Part shown: piece after piece, positions 24,180 through 37,380 of the stretch | How positions within the stretch are numbered: the first letter of the stretch is position 1 | Layout of the letters: every line of letters starts with the position of its first letter | DNA from: Octopus bimaculoides | Lineage: Eukaryota | Assembly (NCBI RefSeq): GCF_001194135.2 | Contig: NC_068990.1 | Span: 35,039,341-35,103,340, forward strand | Direction: 5' to 3' | Length of the DNA stretch: 64,000 nucleotides | The notes under the pieces: model-generated | The model's input: the letters and a program-made list of their open reading frames with translations, nothing else | Database searches by the model: none | Told to the model about the DNA's origin: nothing | Made by a program: the position numbers and the translations under genes

Positions 24180-25928
24180 NNNNNNNNNNNNNNNNNNNNN
24201 NNNNNNNNNNNNNNNNNNNNNNNNNNNNNNNNNNNNNNNNNNNNNNNNNNNNNNNNNNNNNNNNNNNNNNNNNNNNNNNNNNNNNNNNNNNNNNNNNNNN
24301 NNNNNNNNNNNNNNNNNNNNNNNNNNNNNNNNNNNNNNNNNNNNNNNNNNNNNNNNNNNNNNNNNNNNNNNNNNNNNNNNNNNNNNNNNNNNNNNNNNNN
24401 NNNNNNNNNNNNNNNNNNNNNNNNNNNNNNNNNNNNNNNNNNNNNNNNNNNNNNNNNNNNNNNNNNNNNNNNNNNNNNNNNNNNNNNNNNNNNNNNNNNN
24501 NNNNNNNNNNNNNNNNNNNNNNNNNNNNNNNNNNNNNNNNNNNNNNNNNNNNNNNNNNNNNNNNNNNNNNNNNNNNNNNNNNNNNNNNNNNNNNNNNNNN
24601 NNNNNNNNNNNNNNNNNNNNNNNNNNNNNNNNNNNNNNNNNNNNNNNNNNNNNNNNNNNNNNNNNNNNNNNNNNNNNNNNNNNNNNNNNNNNNNNNNNNN
24701 NNNNNNNNNNNNNNNNNNNNNNNNNNNNNNNNNNNNNNNNNNNNNNNNNNNNNNNNNNNNNNNNNNNNNNNNNNNNNNNNNNNNNNNNNNNNNNNNNNNN
24801 NNNNNNNNNNNNNNNNNNNNNNNNNNNNNNNNNNNNNNNNNNNNNNNNNNNNNNNNNNNNNNNNNNNNNNNNNNNNNNNNNNNNNNNNNNNNNNNNNNNN
24901 NNNNNNNNNNNNNNNNNNNNNNNNNNNNNNNNNNNNNNNNNNNNNNNNNNNNNNNNNNNNNNNNNNNNNNNNNNNNNNNATTTATATCTATGTTTGTACA
25001 TATTATTTATGCATATTCATTTGACCGTTACAATTAATGATAAACGAGGAAGATCTCACTGTCATACAATTGCATAAATGAGGCGTTTCCGGCGAATCGT
25101 CTTATTTTTCCCTTGTATTTAATTCTTTATTGTTTTAATTTTTTCTTCCATTCTTTATTTATATATTCATTTATTTATTCATTTGTTTCTTTCTTCAATT
25201 ATTTACTTCGTTTATTCATTGTTTATCTCAAACTTTTTTTCTTTCTCTTTATATAGGTTCAGTGTTTCAGTATTTATAGTTGTTTATTTGTATCTCTGTA
25301 TCTCTGACAACTTCGCTTTCCTGTTATAGTGTATTCGTTGTACCACCCTTGCAGATAATTTTATCTTGATGGTCAGACTTAGTCTAAACAGTTTGGTTCT
25401 CAAATTGCGCTGTTTTCTTTTTACGCCTCCTTTGCTTATTCAACACTATACACCAAATACTCAATGCTATTACTGTTGCTATTGCAGCTGCTGCTCTTGT
25501 ACAACTTCTGGTTAGTTCTGTCTCACAAGAGCTATGACTAAAGTCAATCTAACCAAAAACATCCTTTGTATTCCAAGTTAGTTGTTATTGGAGGCAGTTA
25601 TTCACTTCTGTGCTCTGATCTCGCTGATCTATGATAAAATATATTGTAGCCGTGACTATCCCGTCATATTTATTAGCTAATATATAAAGGCAAAATACAG
25701 CAAGAGGAAATTTGTGATGGCCAGCGTCGTCAACAATTTAATTTAATTTTCTTACAAAGTGGACCTAAAGTTACATTACGGAATGTAATTTATTATGACA
25801 GAAGAGTAGCATTTGTTGTAAATGTGATTTACTCTTATTTCCTGCACATAGAACGGCCAAATGGAATACTCATCTGGTTCGGGACAACAGCGTCTCTTTT
25901 GTGATCACTCAATTTGATCAAGTTTCAG

Positions 25929-26070
25929 GAATAAAAATTTGATAAAAGATAAGAAATTCAATGAAACCTGCTCACCTTCATCTACGTCTCCATCGACCCT
26001 AGACCGCCAATTCGTTGAAACAAGGGTGGAATACTCAAATATAATGCCAAGCTCAAATACTAACTTATAA
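25929..26070 (+). CDS. Candidate terminal coding exon (unidentified)
   Basis: Acceptor caagtttcag| followed by NKNLIKDKKFNETCSPSSTSPSTLDRQFVETRVEYSNIMPSSNTNL*. No homology recognised; could be chance. Confidence 0.22.
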
Positions 26071-26369
26071 TACTATGGAACTGAAATGCTGCATACTGGT
26101 AATTCTATATGTATATGTCAAGAGGGAACGCAGTGCCTATGTTACTGTTCAGGTACTCTAAGGCTGGTGTATAAAGAGGAAGATATTTTCAATCCGAAGT
26201 AATGACCCAAATATTTCCGAGTTTGCGTTACGTTGGAATCTGTTAGACGCACACAACGTGCCACGTGGAGTTTTTAAACTGAGCCATGGTTTAAGTCTAT
26301 CATTCAAGCAGGCAGATTTGAGATTTGAAATCTAATCCAAAATTTCTACAGTTTCGCTAGTCCTGCTTT

Positions 26370-26500
26370 GCAACTCATTAATCGATCCCGAAAGGGTGGA
26401 AGACAAATTTGGCCTTGACGTTAATTGATCTCAGAGTGCGGATTAATTGCAACAAATTTTGCGAGATTTTTACCGTCCGACGCTCTAATAATTCTAGTAT
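26370..26500 (-). mobile_element. SINE family B (degenerate)
   Basis: Contains atcgatcccgaaagggtggaagacaaa, the reverse complement of the family's cctttcggggtcgata motif. Confidence 0.55.
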
Positions 26501-26967
26501 ATCACCTCGAAATATTATGAAAGCATCTATTCCATCACTCTTCGAAATATTGTTAGTGGTATTTACGAAACGGTTCAGCAAATAGGAAACTCTAGGTGGC
26601 AGACTGTGGAGCACCAAAGATTATGATTATAGACAACCTAACATATATCATTGACTTTGTTATTTGATCTGCTTTCGTTTCTTTAAATGTCAAAAGAAAA
26701 GCTGATTATCTCTGTCAACTAGGAAGCAAACTCAAACTCAGGTAATCGCAATTTATATACTTGATGCTTCTTTTCCATAATTCTTCAACTTTGACGTTAC
26801 ATATTTTTCATAGCTTACATAGCTTCATAATAAACTAAATGAATGTAGCAAAGTAAGTCAATGATATTTTGATTATGTGATGTGAGTGCCGTTGTTCAAA
26901 ACTATAATCCCGTCATAAGAGAAAAGAAAGTATTTGCAATTTTATGTTAAAGGATATTGTTTTCAAC

Positions 26968-27050
26968 TACAGCAATCCCTCGCTTTACAGAGGTAATGCG
27001 TTCCTAAAAATTTGGCCGTAACGCAAAATTCCGTAAGGTGATATCAATTT
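26968..27050 (+). mobile_element. Possible left end of a pogo/Tigger-type MITE
   Basis: TA|CAGCAATCCCTCGCTTTACAGAGG resembles Tigger-like TIR starts; no matching right TIR was found. Confidence 0.3.
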
Positions 27051-27439
27051 TCCAATTCACTATCAAATTATCAAATGAGATGGTTTTCTTACGGACGTTT
27101 TAAAAAAAAAACAAAAAAAAACGAAGTACAAAGAAACAACAGAGAGCTAGCAACACGATCGCCTTTATACATGAAAATAACTATTTCTAAACACACGCGG
27201 TACAAAATAAATACATAAAAATTCAAAAGCATTTCAAGAGGAAAAAGTTAGGGAATTAATAAGATTTGTAATATAATAAAAATACACTCTTATAACAAAG
27301 GAAGTTGACTATGGTGTGAGGGGTGGTGGTAGAATGAGCATTACTAGTAGGATGAGGGGCAATATTTGCACTCTTATAGTTCATTATAACGAACATCGAT
27401 TGAGGGAGATATTCTTCCTAAGCTAACCCTAACTTAGGC

Positions 27440-27930
27440 AATAGTTAAGTAAATGCCAGCTTCCGAAACAAGTCGCAAAACATGGGTGTTTCCAGCACAA
27501 GGAAACATCTGTCAGAATCATCAAGGGATAATTCACTACGGGTTCGGCTAAGACGCTTGATCCATCCTATACTCCGAACAACTGGAGCGAATATATGCTA
27601 TTATGCGTCATAAATACTCGGCATTGCTCAACAGAAAGCAACTCTTCTGCAGCATGACAACATATGACATCATACCACTTGAACGACCCAGAATAAACTC
27701 GAGGAACTTGAGAGAATGGTACTGATGCCAAATCAACTTATAATCTGGACATAGCTCTCGCGCATTATAACTTGTTCTGATCCATGGTTCACGTCTTGCG
27801 CTCGTGATGCTTCATCGACCACGAGGAGGTAGAAGGTTCTATAAAGGTGTATCCGTGTGAGATCAAACAACTCACAGAAAGGTGATTTCAGACAGTGCAA
27901 CACGATGGCCTCTACTTTGAATGCTAGGCA
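27440..27930 (+). mobile_element. Decayed mariner transposase C-terminal half (second subfamily)
   Basis: HQGIIHY; YSEQLERIYAIMRHKYSALLNRKQ; QHDN; KLEELERMVLMP..YNLDIALAHYNLF*SM (YSPDLAPSDYHLF-like); QHDGLYFEC*. Confidence 0.88.
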
Positions 27931-29024
27931 GCTTTTATTGCAATAGACGAATAAAGCAAATAACAAAATATTGCCAAACGTTTCACTAGACAATATTTGT
28001 GTGTGTTGATTTGCCTTTCATCATTTCGGACTCGATAAAAGTACCATTGAAGTACCACTTCTTAAATTGCTGGCCTTATGCCAAAATTTTTAATGACTAC
28101 GTGTATGTAAGCACGCAAACACACACGTGTGTGTGTATTTGCCAACACTATTCAATTTCTTTCATAATTTTATGTCATAGTTCTTCATTCCAAAGTTACA
28201 CTCTATGTAGAGCATTACATATAGGGACGAAGCAAATATTTCTTTGTGATTCAATGTTTGTAGCTCTTACAGTTGCGTTGCGTACATTTATCTTCAAGAA
28301 TGTACGGGGGATGGAATATAGTCTTATTTAGTCAGGTAATCGTATTACACATGAGGCAACTACAAGTCTATATCCCACTAGATGTTTCAGAGATACTGTA
28401 TATGTATAAGCATGAACACTGATAATTTTTAAAGTGTTAGATGAGGATATGCGATAAAAACATCAATGTCTTAGTGAAGTAAATATAAGCTCCAACGAGG
28501 AACCGAAACCCTCTTAAAGTATCTTAAGTTAAGATATTAGTTTACCGTTATCAACACTAAGCAAATAAGGTTTTCTGAAGAGTTAAATATCCTTATTCTT
28601 TATGGATGGACTGTGAATTATTTTCTCATTATCGTGACCAGCTTCGGCGGATTTAAATAGACACATCTAGACATTGAAAAAAGTATTGTGTTATCTATAT
28701 TATTGCGAAGCTTCCTGGTTCAACAATATTTCTCTTTGTTTTCAACTAAACGGCAAATTTCCGTATGTAGGTGGCAAATAAAATTGTTGGGTATCCATTT
28801 CTATTTCATGAAAGCGAATGAACTTTCTGAAACGATGTGTCAGTAAGACTACCGACTGAAATAAAACGGCGCTATCGGACCACCAACAAACTCATTGTGC
28901 TTGTTTAACCTGAAGATAGTTATAATCATGATAATTTAATGCAAACGCGTTACAGTCATAGATATCCTGTACTGTCTTCAGTTATATGTCATATTTTATT
29001 CAATCTACCCTTAATTTATATATA

Positions 29025-29100
29025 GACGGTATTGTGTGATTTGGAGTTGATATGGCTGACCGCACAGAGCACGCCCTCGTAGCTGGTTTTCCATTGTTGA
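29025..29100 (-). repeat. Family C interspersed repeat fragment (SINE-like, unclassified)
   Basis: gacggtattgtgtgatttggagttgatatggctg aligns with 44738-44790 and with the reverse complements of 52870-52930 and 58795-58825. Confidence 0.4.
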
Positions 29101-31489
29101 TATTAAAATGGTTACGTCACCAAGACATTCTGGTAGTAGCAGAATTATTCTTTGGATCCTCCTAAATGCTTACCTTATTTCTCTGGATAAAACTTAGCTC
29201 TTAAATAGTGCTATCCAATGAGTTGCTAACAGGTAGGAGCAATGGAGTTTCGTTCACAGTGAAATTACTGTATATCTAAATAGAATTTACTTCACCTTAT
29301 ATTCGTGATTTAACGCTAATTCTATTTAAAGCTTTACCAACGTAACGGCCCAATCAGTCTTTATGCTCAAAAGAACTGATTTCGGGCCCACTGGACCCTG
29401 TCGGTTATAGAATTGACACAAATATGTTACGATATACGCGTAAATTACAGTAGTATACTAAAGATATTCTGTAAACATACAATAATGTCTCTGCGATATA
29501 TATTAAAGCCCAGAAATAACTCTATGACACATCATTAATAAACTATAAAATCTCGTAGATATTTCTGTAACATACAATGATACCTCACTTGTATCCAATT
29601 CAGATGTAATATTATATGGTCAATCTGTAAGTTACAGCGATATCTGAATGATGTGGCAAATATTAAACCAAAGTAAATCGATAATATTTTCTTGATACAT
29701 CAATGAGACATCGTTATAATATTACGTCCATATAGTCATCTCACATAGTAATATATTTGTATGTCTCAATGATATATTTTGAGATTCAATAATTTTTTTC
29801 TCAAATATATTTCCATAAGATACAAACATTTCAATCACATGTCATTAAGAAAAAAAATAATATCTCTGGGATATTACCTTAATACATAGTAATAATCCGT
29901 GAGAGTGACTTAAGGTAATCGAACACATTCCAGTCTCAATCTCTGCTTATACGTTTGTATTTCTCTATAATTCTTATACTTACTTCACTCTAGATTACAT
30001 ATTTCTTAGGAGATTGCAACATGAAAATAAATAAACATAAGAAAAATATTGTTGGAATGTACTGAAACACCTCGACGGTTGTATAACTGTATTTGTTTTT
30101 CTAACGATTTCTACCAAACCACAAACAAACGGCAGAAAACCAACAAACACGTAGAATATATAATAATACATTAGCAGTAACAATACTAAAAATAAAGATA
30201 ATAATAGTAATAGTAATAGTAATAATAATCACCGTGGTAGCAGTAATAGCAACAGAAATGGCAGCAATGAAATATATAACAAGAGAATAAAGGGAGAGTA
30301 AGAGAGAACGGGAGAGGTGGGACGGACGAGAGAGAAAGAGAAAGGGGGTGAGTGAGGGAGAGGCAGAGAACCAGAGAGAAAAATTAAAGAATAGCAGTAA
30401 AACGATTGTGGTTCAAACAAATAAATTTGCCTCCAATCTATATTTATATATATATTTGCACTGATTTTAACTTATTCCCTATCGACAGTTTATGCCCCGA
30501 AAATCAGAAATAATAATGTTCGCGACTTTATATCGATAGAGTGTATTCACTAATCACATGCTAACTTGCTATTCGATACAACAAAAGGCCACTGAGTTCA
30601 AAATCATGTAGAGTTTTATTCCAAGATCAAGTATGTTTCTTGGAATATATTTTTCATTTCAAAAGCAATTACTTTCCATTTACGTATTTTATCGATGCCA
30701 TTTTACCGTTTTATCGACTCTTTTTCACCTCTGTTCTTCTCCTAAATCAGAGTACATTATCAAACAGAAATAGACTTTTGTAATAAATTTAGTTTCTCTG
30801 ATGACAATCTGTTTACAATGATATTTTGTTTCTGTTTAGTTTGTTTGCGTCAAGAGGAGCAGAATAATAGTTACGCCCACTCACGCATACATATATGAAA
30901 TCATATGCATACGTGCGTGCGTACGCGCATATGTGCAAGCATACATACTTATACATACATGCTTGCTTATACATACATGCATTATCTATACTATACTTAT
31001 ATATTTGTTTACTTATATGTACATACAACCGTTTCTACCTAAAGCAAAAAAAAAAAAAGAACAAAATGAAGGAAAAGATAAAATTGTAAGTTTTAACACT
31101 GTTTTAATATTGTTAATATCCTTTCAAGAAAATCTACTAAATACCAAACGTCGAAGAGCTTCCCTGAGCAACTCTACATTAAAAAGGAGCATTATGGAAG
31201 TTGGTATATACTCGAATTACTTGCATAAACAGCAATAATTGTTTCTCAAATGCGAAATTTGATTTTCATATCTGAAACAATTACCAATGCAATGTATCAG
31301 ACTCTGTCAAAGAAAACTGAGTAACATTAAAAATAATTTTCATATCAAAGAATGAGAAAATTTTTACAGTCATAATTGCGGGACTATAAACTGTTTACAC
31401 AAATATCTATATTTTGCAATAATAAATAAAAATTCCTGAATGTTCTGGCGATAGTTGCTCATAAAAAACAACGACAACAGCAACATTCT

Positions 31490-31880
31490 TATGGTTGATG
31501 TATAGCTATATGAGAGATAAGATAATTGGTTTGATTCGCCTCACGAGAATAGTTAAGAATTCAGTAAGAAATAAGAAATTAGATGGAAACTAGAAAGCTA
31601 TGTTAAGCCTCAAGCGGTAAAAACACAGAAAGTTCTTTAAGATAATGTTACAGAGATTAAAGAGTTAGATGATGCCCCCAAAATACAAATATATGGAAAT
31701 TTATGAACTAGAAATAACGTATCATACTAAAATGAAGGAATATATTAAAACAGAGTATTGTAGGTGCGTTAGATTAATTCTCAAAATAAAATTAGATTTT
31801 AAAAAGAAAATTTTAAACTTCTTATAGTAGTTCAACCAGTAATAAGATAGCGCTTTCAAGCAAGAGAGTATTCAAGCGAA
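31490..31880 (+). mobile_element. R4/Dong-like RT C-terminal fragment
   Basis: MVDV*LY (decayed MDDLKLY), then IKELDDAPKYKYMEI...KMKEYIKTEYCRCVRLILK; starts directly after degenerate (AAC)n. Confidence 0.75.
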
Positions 31881-31940
31881 CTGATAAGACGATATAGAAA
31901 AAAATGTTATTCAGGATACACCATAGAAAAGTAGACGTAG

Positions 31941-31941
31941 A

Positions 31942-32017
<76 letters not shown>

Positions 32018-32040
32018 GTATGTATGTATGTATGTAAGTA

Positions 32041-32087
<47 letters not shown>

Positions 32088-32160
32088 ATGTATGTACATA
32101 TATATAGGCATACATATGCATGCACACATACATATGTGTGTGTGTGTGAGTGTGTGAGTG
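31941..32160. repeat. (TA)n/(TATG)n/(TG)n compound microsatellite
   Basis: Directly visible. Confidence 0.95.
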
Positions 32161-33134
32161 TGTGTACTAAAGTAGTCACTTTAAAATGATTGGAGACACA
32201 TATAAAATAAGTAGCTAATAAAAACTCTGTGCATTACTTGTAACAAATTAGACTATCGAATTAGTTGAGAAGAGAAAACAGTTATTATAATAAATATAAA
32301 CTTACTAGTAGAATACTATTAGACGATGTGAGAGGGAAAGTTCAAATGATAAAGAGATAAAAGTTTTGTGCTTTCGAAATGAAAGGTAAAAATTTTCTAA
32401 GTTGGTGTTGCTACTATACATAAATACATACATACATATATAAGTTTATATATATAATATATAAATATATACATATAAATGTATATATATATATAAGATA
32501 TATATGCATATAAAATATATCAAAAATTATATTAAAACTATGTAAAGTGTGTGCATTTTCTTTTTTTAATTTCTTATATATATATATATTTGAGTGTGTG
32601 TGTGTGCATGTTTGTATGTGCGTGTATGTATATATATATATTCGGGAATACATTAAATTTACGTAAATGACCGTCACGAAGTCCCCCAACGACAAAAATT
32701 AACTTCTTACGGAAAATACTTTTTCATATGCTCTCTCAATCGTAAGTAAAAGGCCTCTCATAATAATAATAATAATAAAAATTACATACCCCGAAGTGAC
32801 TCTCTCTCCTTAAAGCAAACATTCAACCTCTCTTCTCTTACTTAGTAAACTCTTAGTCTTTCTCTTTCTCTTACTACAAAAGCACCTGCAGGAAGCAGGA
32901 CCAGCAGTCGCCAGCCCTCAAGAGCACGTGTTTCGAAAGATTAAATGAAACCACTTACACACCAGAAAAATCGTCTTCCCCACAAAAGTTTAGTAAAATC
33001 CTCATAAAAGATTTCATAACATCATTAAAAAATTAATTTAAAAAATAATCACCTTTACACTTCAAAAACTGTATTAAGTAAGTCTTATAAACTTTCAAAT
33101 ACATATATATAAGAACAAAATGGGGAATGGGGGT

Positions 33135-33480
33135 CTACAAGGTATTTCAGCTGTTTGGGTAAAAGTAGATTGATGTATTCAAAGATCAAATTAAACTATA
33201 AATCCACTTTCATCAGACACAATTTTAAACTGGTATATATAGGTAAGGTAAATTATTGATGCATGTTGAACTTGTTCTATATGTCTTCATCAAGGTTTCA
33301 CTTTACCTGTCTATATCTGTTTAAGATTTTACCTGAACATGATGGATTTAGGCTATGATGTAATCTATAAATTCATCAATAACCTTCTGTCGAAAAGCCT
33401 GCAGTAAATTTTAAACTACATTTGTGACTATTTTTACGCCTACGCCGCTCTTAGAACCAGACTGAACTGGATCTATGGTT
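33135..33480 (-). mobile_element. Possible very old mariner remnant
   Basis: Only KIVSDEKWIY (TGDEKWIY-like) is convincing; the upstream similarity is weak. Confidence 0.3.
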
Positions 33481-33789
33481 AAACTGGATTTAGTATTTAT
33501 ATATCTACTGTATCCTACCAACACATTATACCTGACTGTGAAACCTATGTTGATGTGCATAGATTCAAATGAATAATGTAGCTAATCTCTCTATATATAT
33601 ATAACTTTCTGTACACACACACACACGCACACACACGCACACACACACACACACACACAATATATAGAAAATGGAGAGTGTGAACACAGAAAATAATCAA
33701 TTTATTTACATAATAGTCAACTTCATGTTTCCTACGCATGTTTCAATTCCTATTTCATTCATATTTTACAATTAAATTGCATTATGAAT

Positions 33790-34050
33790 TTAATAGGTAA
33801 AAACCTCTTTAGGATGGAGACACCTATAGAAAACAAATACAATTTCGTCAAATTCTTGGATGTTAATCTTATTCTAGGAACAGAGATATATAAACCCTAC
33901 AATAATCCAAATAGCAGCATAAGCTACGTTAACGTAAATAGTGACCATCCTAGAAGCATTACACATAGATTAGGTGAAACTATATAAAAAAAAGATTTCA
34001 AATCACTACACAAACGGAGAAGATTTTAAGCAGAATGTGGACTATTGTGC
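33790..34050 (+). mobile_element. Penelope-like element RT C-terminal/thumb fragment
   Basis: VKFLDVNLILGTEIYKPYNNPNSSISYVNVNSDHPRSI matches the FLD..KPY.KPN....Y...S.HP pattern of PLE RTs. Confidence 0.8.
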
Positions 34051-34281
34051 CTGGCCGAGTTTCTCCTGGCCTTCGGAATGACCAAGATGTGTGGCGTGTC
34101 TTGGGTGGCCCTGAGTGGATCTCACGCCTATTGGGGACTTGACTTGTTAGACTTTTCTTGTTACTTGTCATTGTTATTTTATTGCTTAGTCGATTTTTCT
34201 GTTGAATCCCAAGTGTCCTTTGTTTTGCATTGTCCCTATTTATTTTTGTGTTCGGCTCTTGTGACCAATATAAGAAGGTGG

Positions 34282-34334
<53 letters not shown>

Positions 34335-34389
34335 TTGCTGCTGCTGCTGCTGCTGCTGCCGCTACCATAATCATCATCATCATCCTTAC

Positions 34390-34446
<57 letters not shown>
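34282..34446. repeat. Compound microsatellite (TAC)(TGC)(CAT)(TAT)
   Basis: Directly visible. Confidence 0.95.
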
Positions 34447-34447
<1 letters not shown>

Positions 34448-35023
34448 TCACTACCTACTATGGTTTCAGGTGGGGCAACCAGTATATTACTGCAATAATT
34501 TTAGTAAAGTAATTGATTATAATAAAATATTAAACTCAATATATATTAAATAATTTGTAAACCAGACTAGCAATTACAACTTGGGTGTATTGTTAAAATA
34601 TTTGGAAAAAATGATTTATAAAGTTGTATGAACCTCAGTAGATGAATAATATGTTATGTACACACAGATTATAGAGAATGTATATTCTATATATCATCGG
34701 AAAATATTTCAACGTGTAAATGATGCTAATATTAATCGTCATTCATGCCTCGGTCTAACGTGTTGACATTTAGACAATAATACGTAGAAAATTTTCCTAA
34801 TATAAGCACAGCTTCTCAATAAATACAGACTGAAGAAAGCTTAATCAACACTACCAGAGTATATAACTGGTAGTTATATTACCAAAAATGGAAGGGTATT
34901 ATGGCCTCAACGCGATTTGAACTTAGAAATAAAAACATATGAAAATAGTAAAAAAGAATGTGCTATGCAATTCCATGGTTTAGAGAATTCGCATAACCCC
35001 AATGATAGAATGTTTGAAAAAAA

Positions 35024-35096
<73 letters not shown>

Positions 35097-35735
35097 TATC
35101 GTGTTCATTTATCGATTATGAAGAAAAAAGGACCTTAAAATATGAAAACTAAAAGATGCATTTGTCTTCTTCGATTAGATATAAATGATTTTTTATNNNN
35201 NNNNNNNNNNNNNNNNNNNNNNNNNNNNNNNNNNNNNNNNNNNNNNNNNNNNNNNNNNNNNNNNNNNNNNNNNNNNNNNNNNNNNNNNNNNNNNNNNNNN
35301 NNNNNNNNNNNNNNNNNNNNNNNNNNNNNNNNNNNNNNNNNNNNNNNNNNNNNNNNNNNNNNNNNNNNNNNNNNNNNNNNNNNNNNNNNNNNNNNNNNNN
35401 NNNNNNNNNNNNNNNNNNNNNNNNNNNNNNNNNNNNNNNNNNNNNNNNNNNNNNNNNNNNNNNNNNNNNNNNNNNNNNNNNNNNNNNNNNNNNNNNNNNN
35501 NNNNNNNNNNNNNNNNNNNNNNNNNNNNNNNNNNNNNNNNNNNNNNNNNNNNNNNNNNNNNNNNNNNNNNNNNNNNNNNNNNNNNNNNNNNNNNNNNNNN
35601 NNNNNNNNNNNNNNNNNNNNNNNNNNNNNNNNNNNNNNNNNNNNNNNNNNNNNNNNNNNNNNNNNNNNNNNNNNNNNNNNNNNNNATATATATATATATA
35701 TATATACATAATACACACGCAAATCAAATTTATGC

Positions 35736-35783
<48 letters not shown>

Positions 35784-35859
35784 ATGTATTTACACGAGAG
35801 TGTTGAATTTCGAAGAAAGGAAAACAACGAAATGCGACATGTATGGTGTATAGCGTAGG

Positions 35860-36420
35860 CCTCATTGGAACAGTTTGTTTTTTAGCGACACGAGTTTCAT
35901 GCCACTGCGATCTTCAAGCATTAACAGTTTCAATTCACCCTTGCTAGTAAATATTCAGTGCTGTATGTATGGTCGCATGCTAGTATGTTTTCATCGGTTT
36001 GCGCTTTGCGTTCAGTCTTTATTTTTCTGTCTCTTTCTCTCTTACTATTGTAAGGTGGTGTTTATATTTCTGTATTCGTTTATGAACCAGAGTATGTTCT
36101 AGATTTCTGTTTCTGTTGTAAATTTTGTTTTGGTGTGTATTTCTTTCCTCTGTGTTTCAGTGTGGCTCCTTATGCATATTTTGCTATACATTTGGCATAT
36201 AGTGACTATATATTTACTTCGTTATTTACTCAAAGTATTGTGTAACCTATGTTTAATTTGTTTTCATAAGCTGCAGTTTGATTGTTTCCCTTCTCGTTTT
36301 ATGTGAGGGATCGTGGTCCACGTGCGTGTCATATTCGGAGTACGGACAGTGTTTCGAAGAATAATTTCTATTGGTATCTGCAGTGTGAGATATTATCATT
36401 CTTGTTATTTCTAGTTGTGT
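35860..36420 (-). mobile_element. Decayed 3' end of a second PLE (Penelope/Poseidon-like linker, GIY-YIG region and pLTR)
   Basis: RTWTTIPHIKREG, KLNIGYT/NTLSK, HTLVH..YRNINTTL and RLNA..IY.H...LN-like fragments in shifting frames, followed by a hammerhead-like motif. Confidence 0.5.
35885..35920 (-). ncRNA. Degenerate minimal hammerhead-like motif at the PLE 3' end
   Basis: Minus strand GC-TTGAAGA-TCGCAGTGGCAT-GAAAC-TCGT-GTC-GC. GAAAC-N4-GTC is intact, the core has C3>T and stem II is imperfect. Confidence 0.32.
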
Positions 36421-36459
36421 ATTCTGTGTGATTATGGTTTCTTTATCTGATATATATTA

Positions 36460-37380
36460 AAGAGAGATTTCAGAACAGTTTATGCAGGATGATGTGCATT
36501 CTCGTATTTCCCATTATATGTTTTCAGATATGTTGCTCCCTTTTATCCCGCACCCAATGTCTTCTGACAGAAATGATGCATTTGCAGTATATTCCTGTGT
36601 GTGAATATATTTGTTTTTGTGTACTGTGTGTTTCTGAACTTTTCACTAATAGTGCCCATATAAATGCTTTTTAAAGCCTGCTGAACATCTGCTTCGTAGA
36701 TTTTATTTATTAATGTAAAATTTGCATGTGATGGGTATATTTATTCTGCTACGGTTGTATATATTTGTGTCTATGCGTTTTCGATACTTGGAATGTTGTT
36801 TTATGATTGGAAGGTATGGTTTTTAACTTTGGTGCAGCTGTAGCTACGTTTTACGCTGTTCCTATTAAATACTTTATAAGTATGTGTATTATGCTTGAAA
36901 GTGCAAGCTAAAAAAATTTACGGAAGTGTATTCTACACTTGTTACATTTATGGTAATGTGTGGGTTGAACCAGATGATTTTTCTTTTGTTTGTTTGAGGA
37001 ATCTTAAGAATGTACAGCAGTTTACTCTCTGAGCACATTTCCCTGTAGTACTTCATTGGTGCTACATGGTTGAATATGCCTTTGTCAGATAATATTATGT
37101 ATCGTTGACTGGTCTTTGATCATCAACGGCAACTGGTTTAGTTTAGGTTTCTATATGAGGATAATTCTTTTGGTTTTCCATAGAATAGTGCTTTCTATTG
37201 TTCGGATTTAATACCCCTAGGTAGTTTATTAAATATAGACCTTTCCTGAATTTGTCAAGTTCATGTCCATACATATTTTAGGTGATATTTAGGTTATCGT
37301 CACGCTAGAGACCTATGTCGTATTTTAGAGAAATCTTCCTTATTCGTTCCAGGCTGTATTATCGTACTATTTCACATAAG
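36460..37380 (-). mobile_element. Decayed Penelope-like element: RT (GLYRDD type), thumb/linker and GIY-YIG
   Basis: LCEIV..YSL..I...DIGL*RDDNL (37293-37313); SDKGIFNHVAP; IIWFNP; YKVFNRNSVKRSYSC; IYEADVQQALKSIYMGT (GIY-YIG, 36654-36701); FLSE..I*WEI. Confidence 0.85.
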
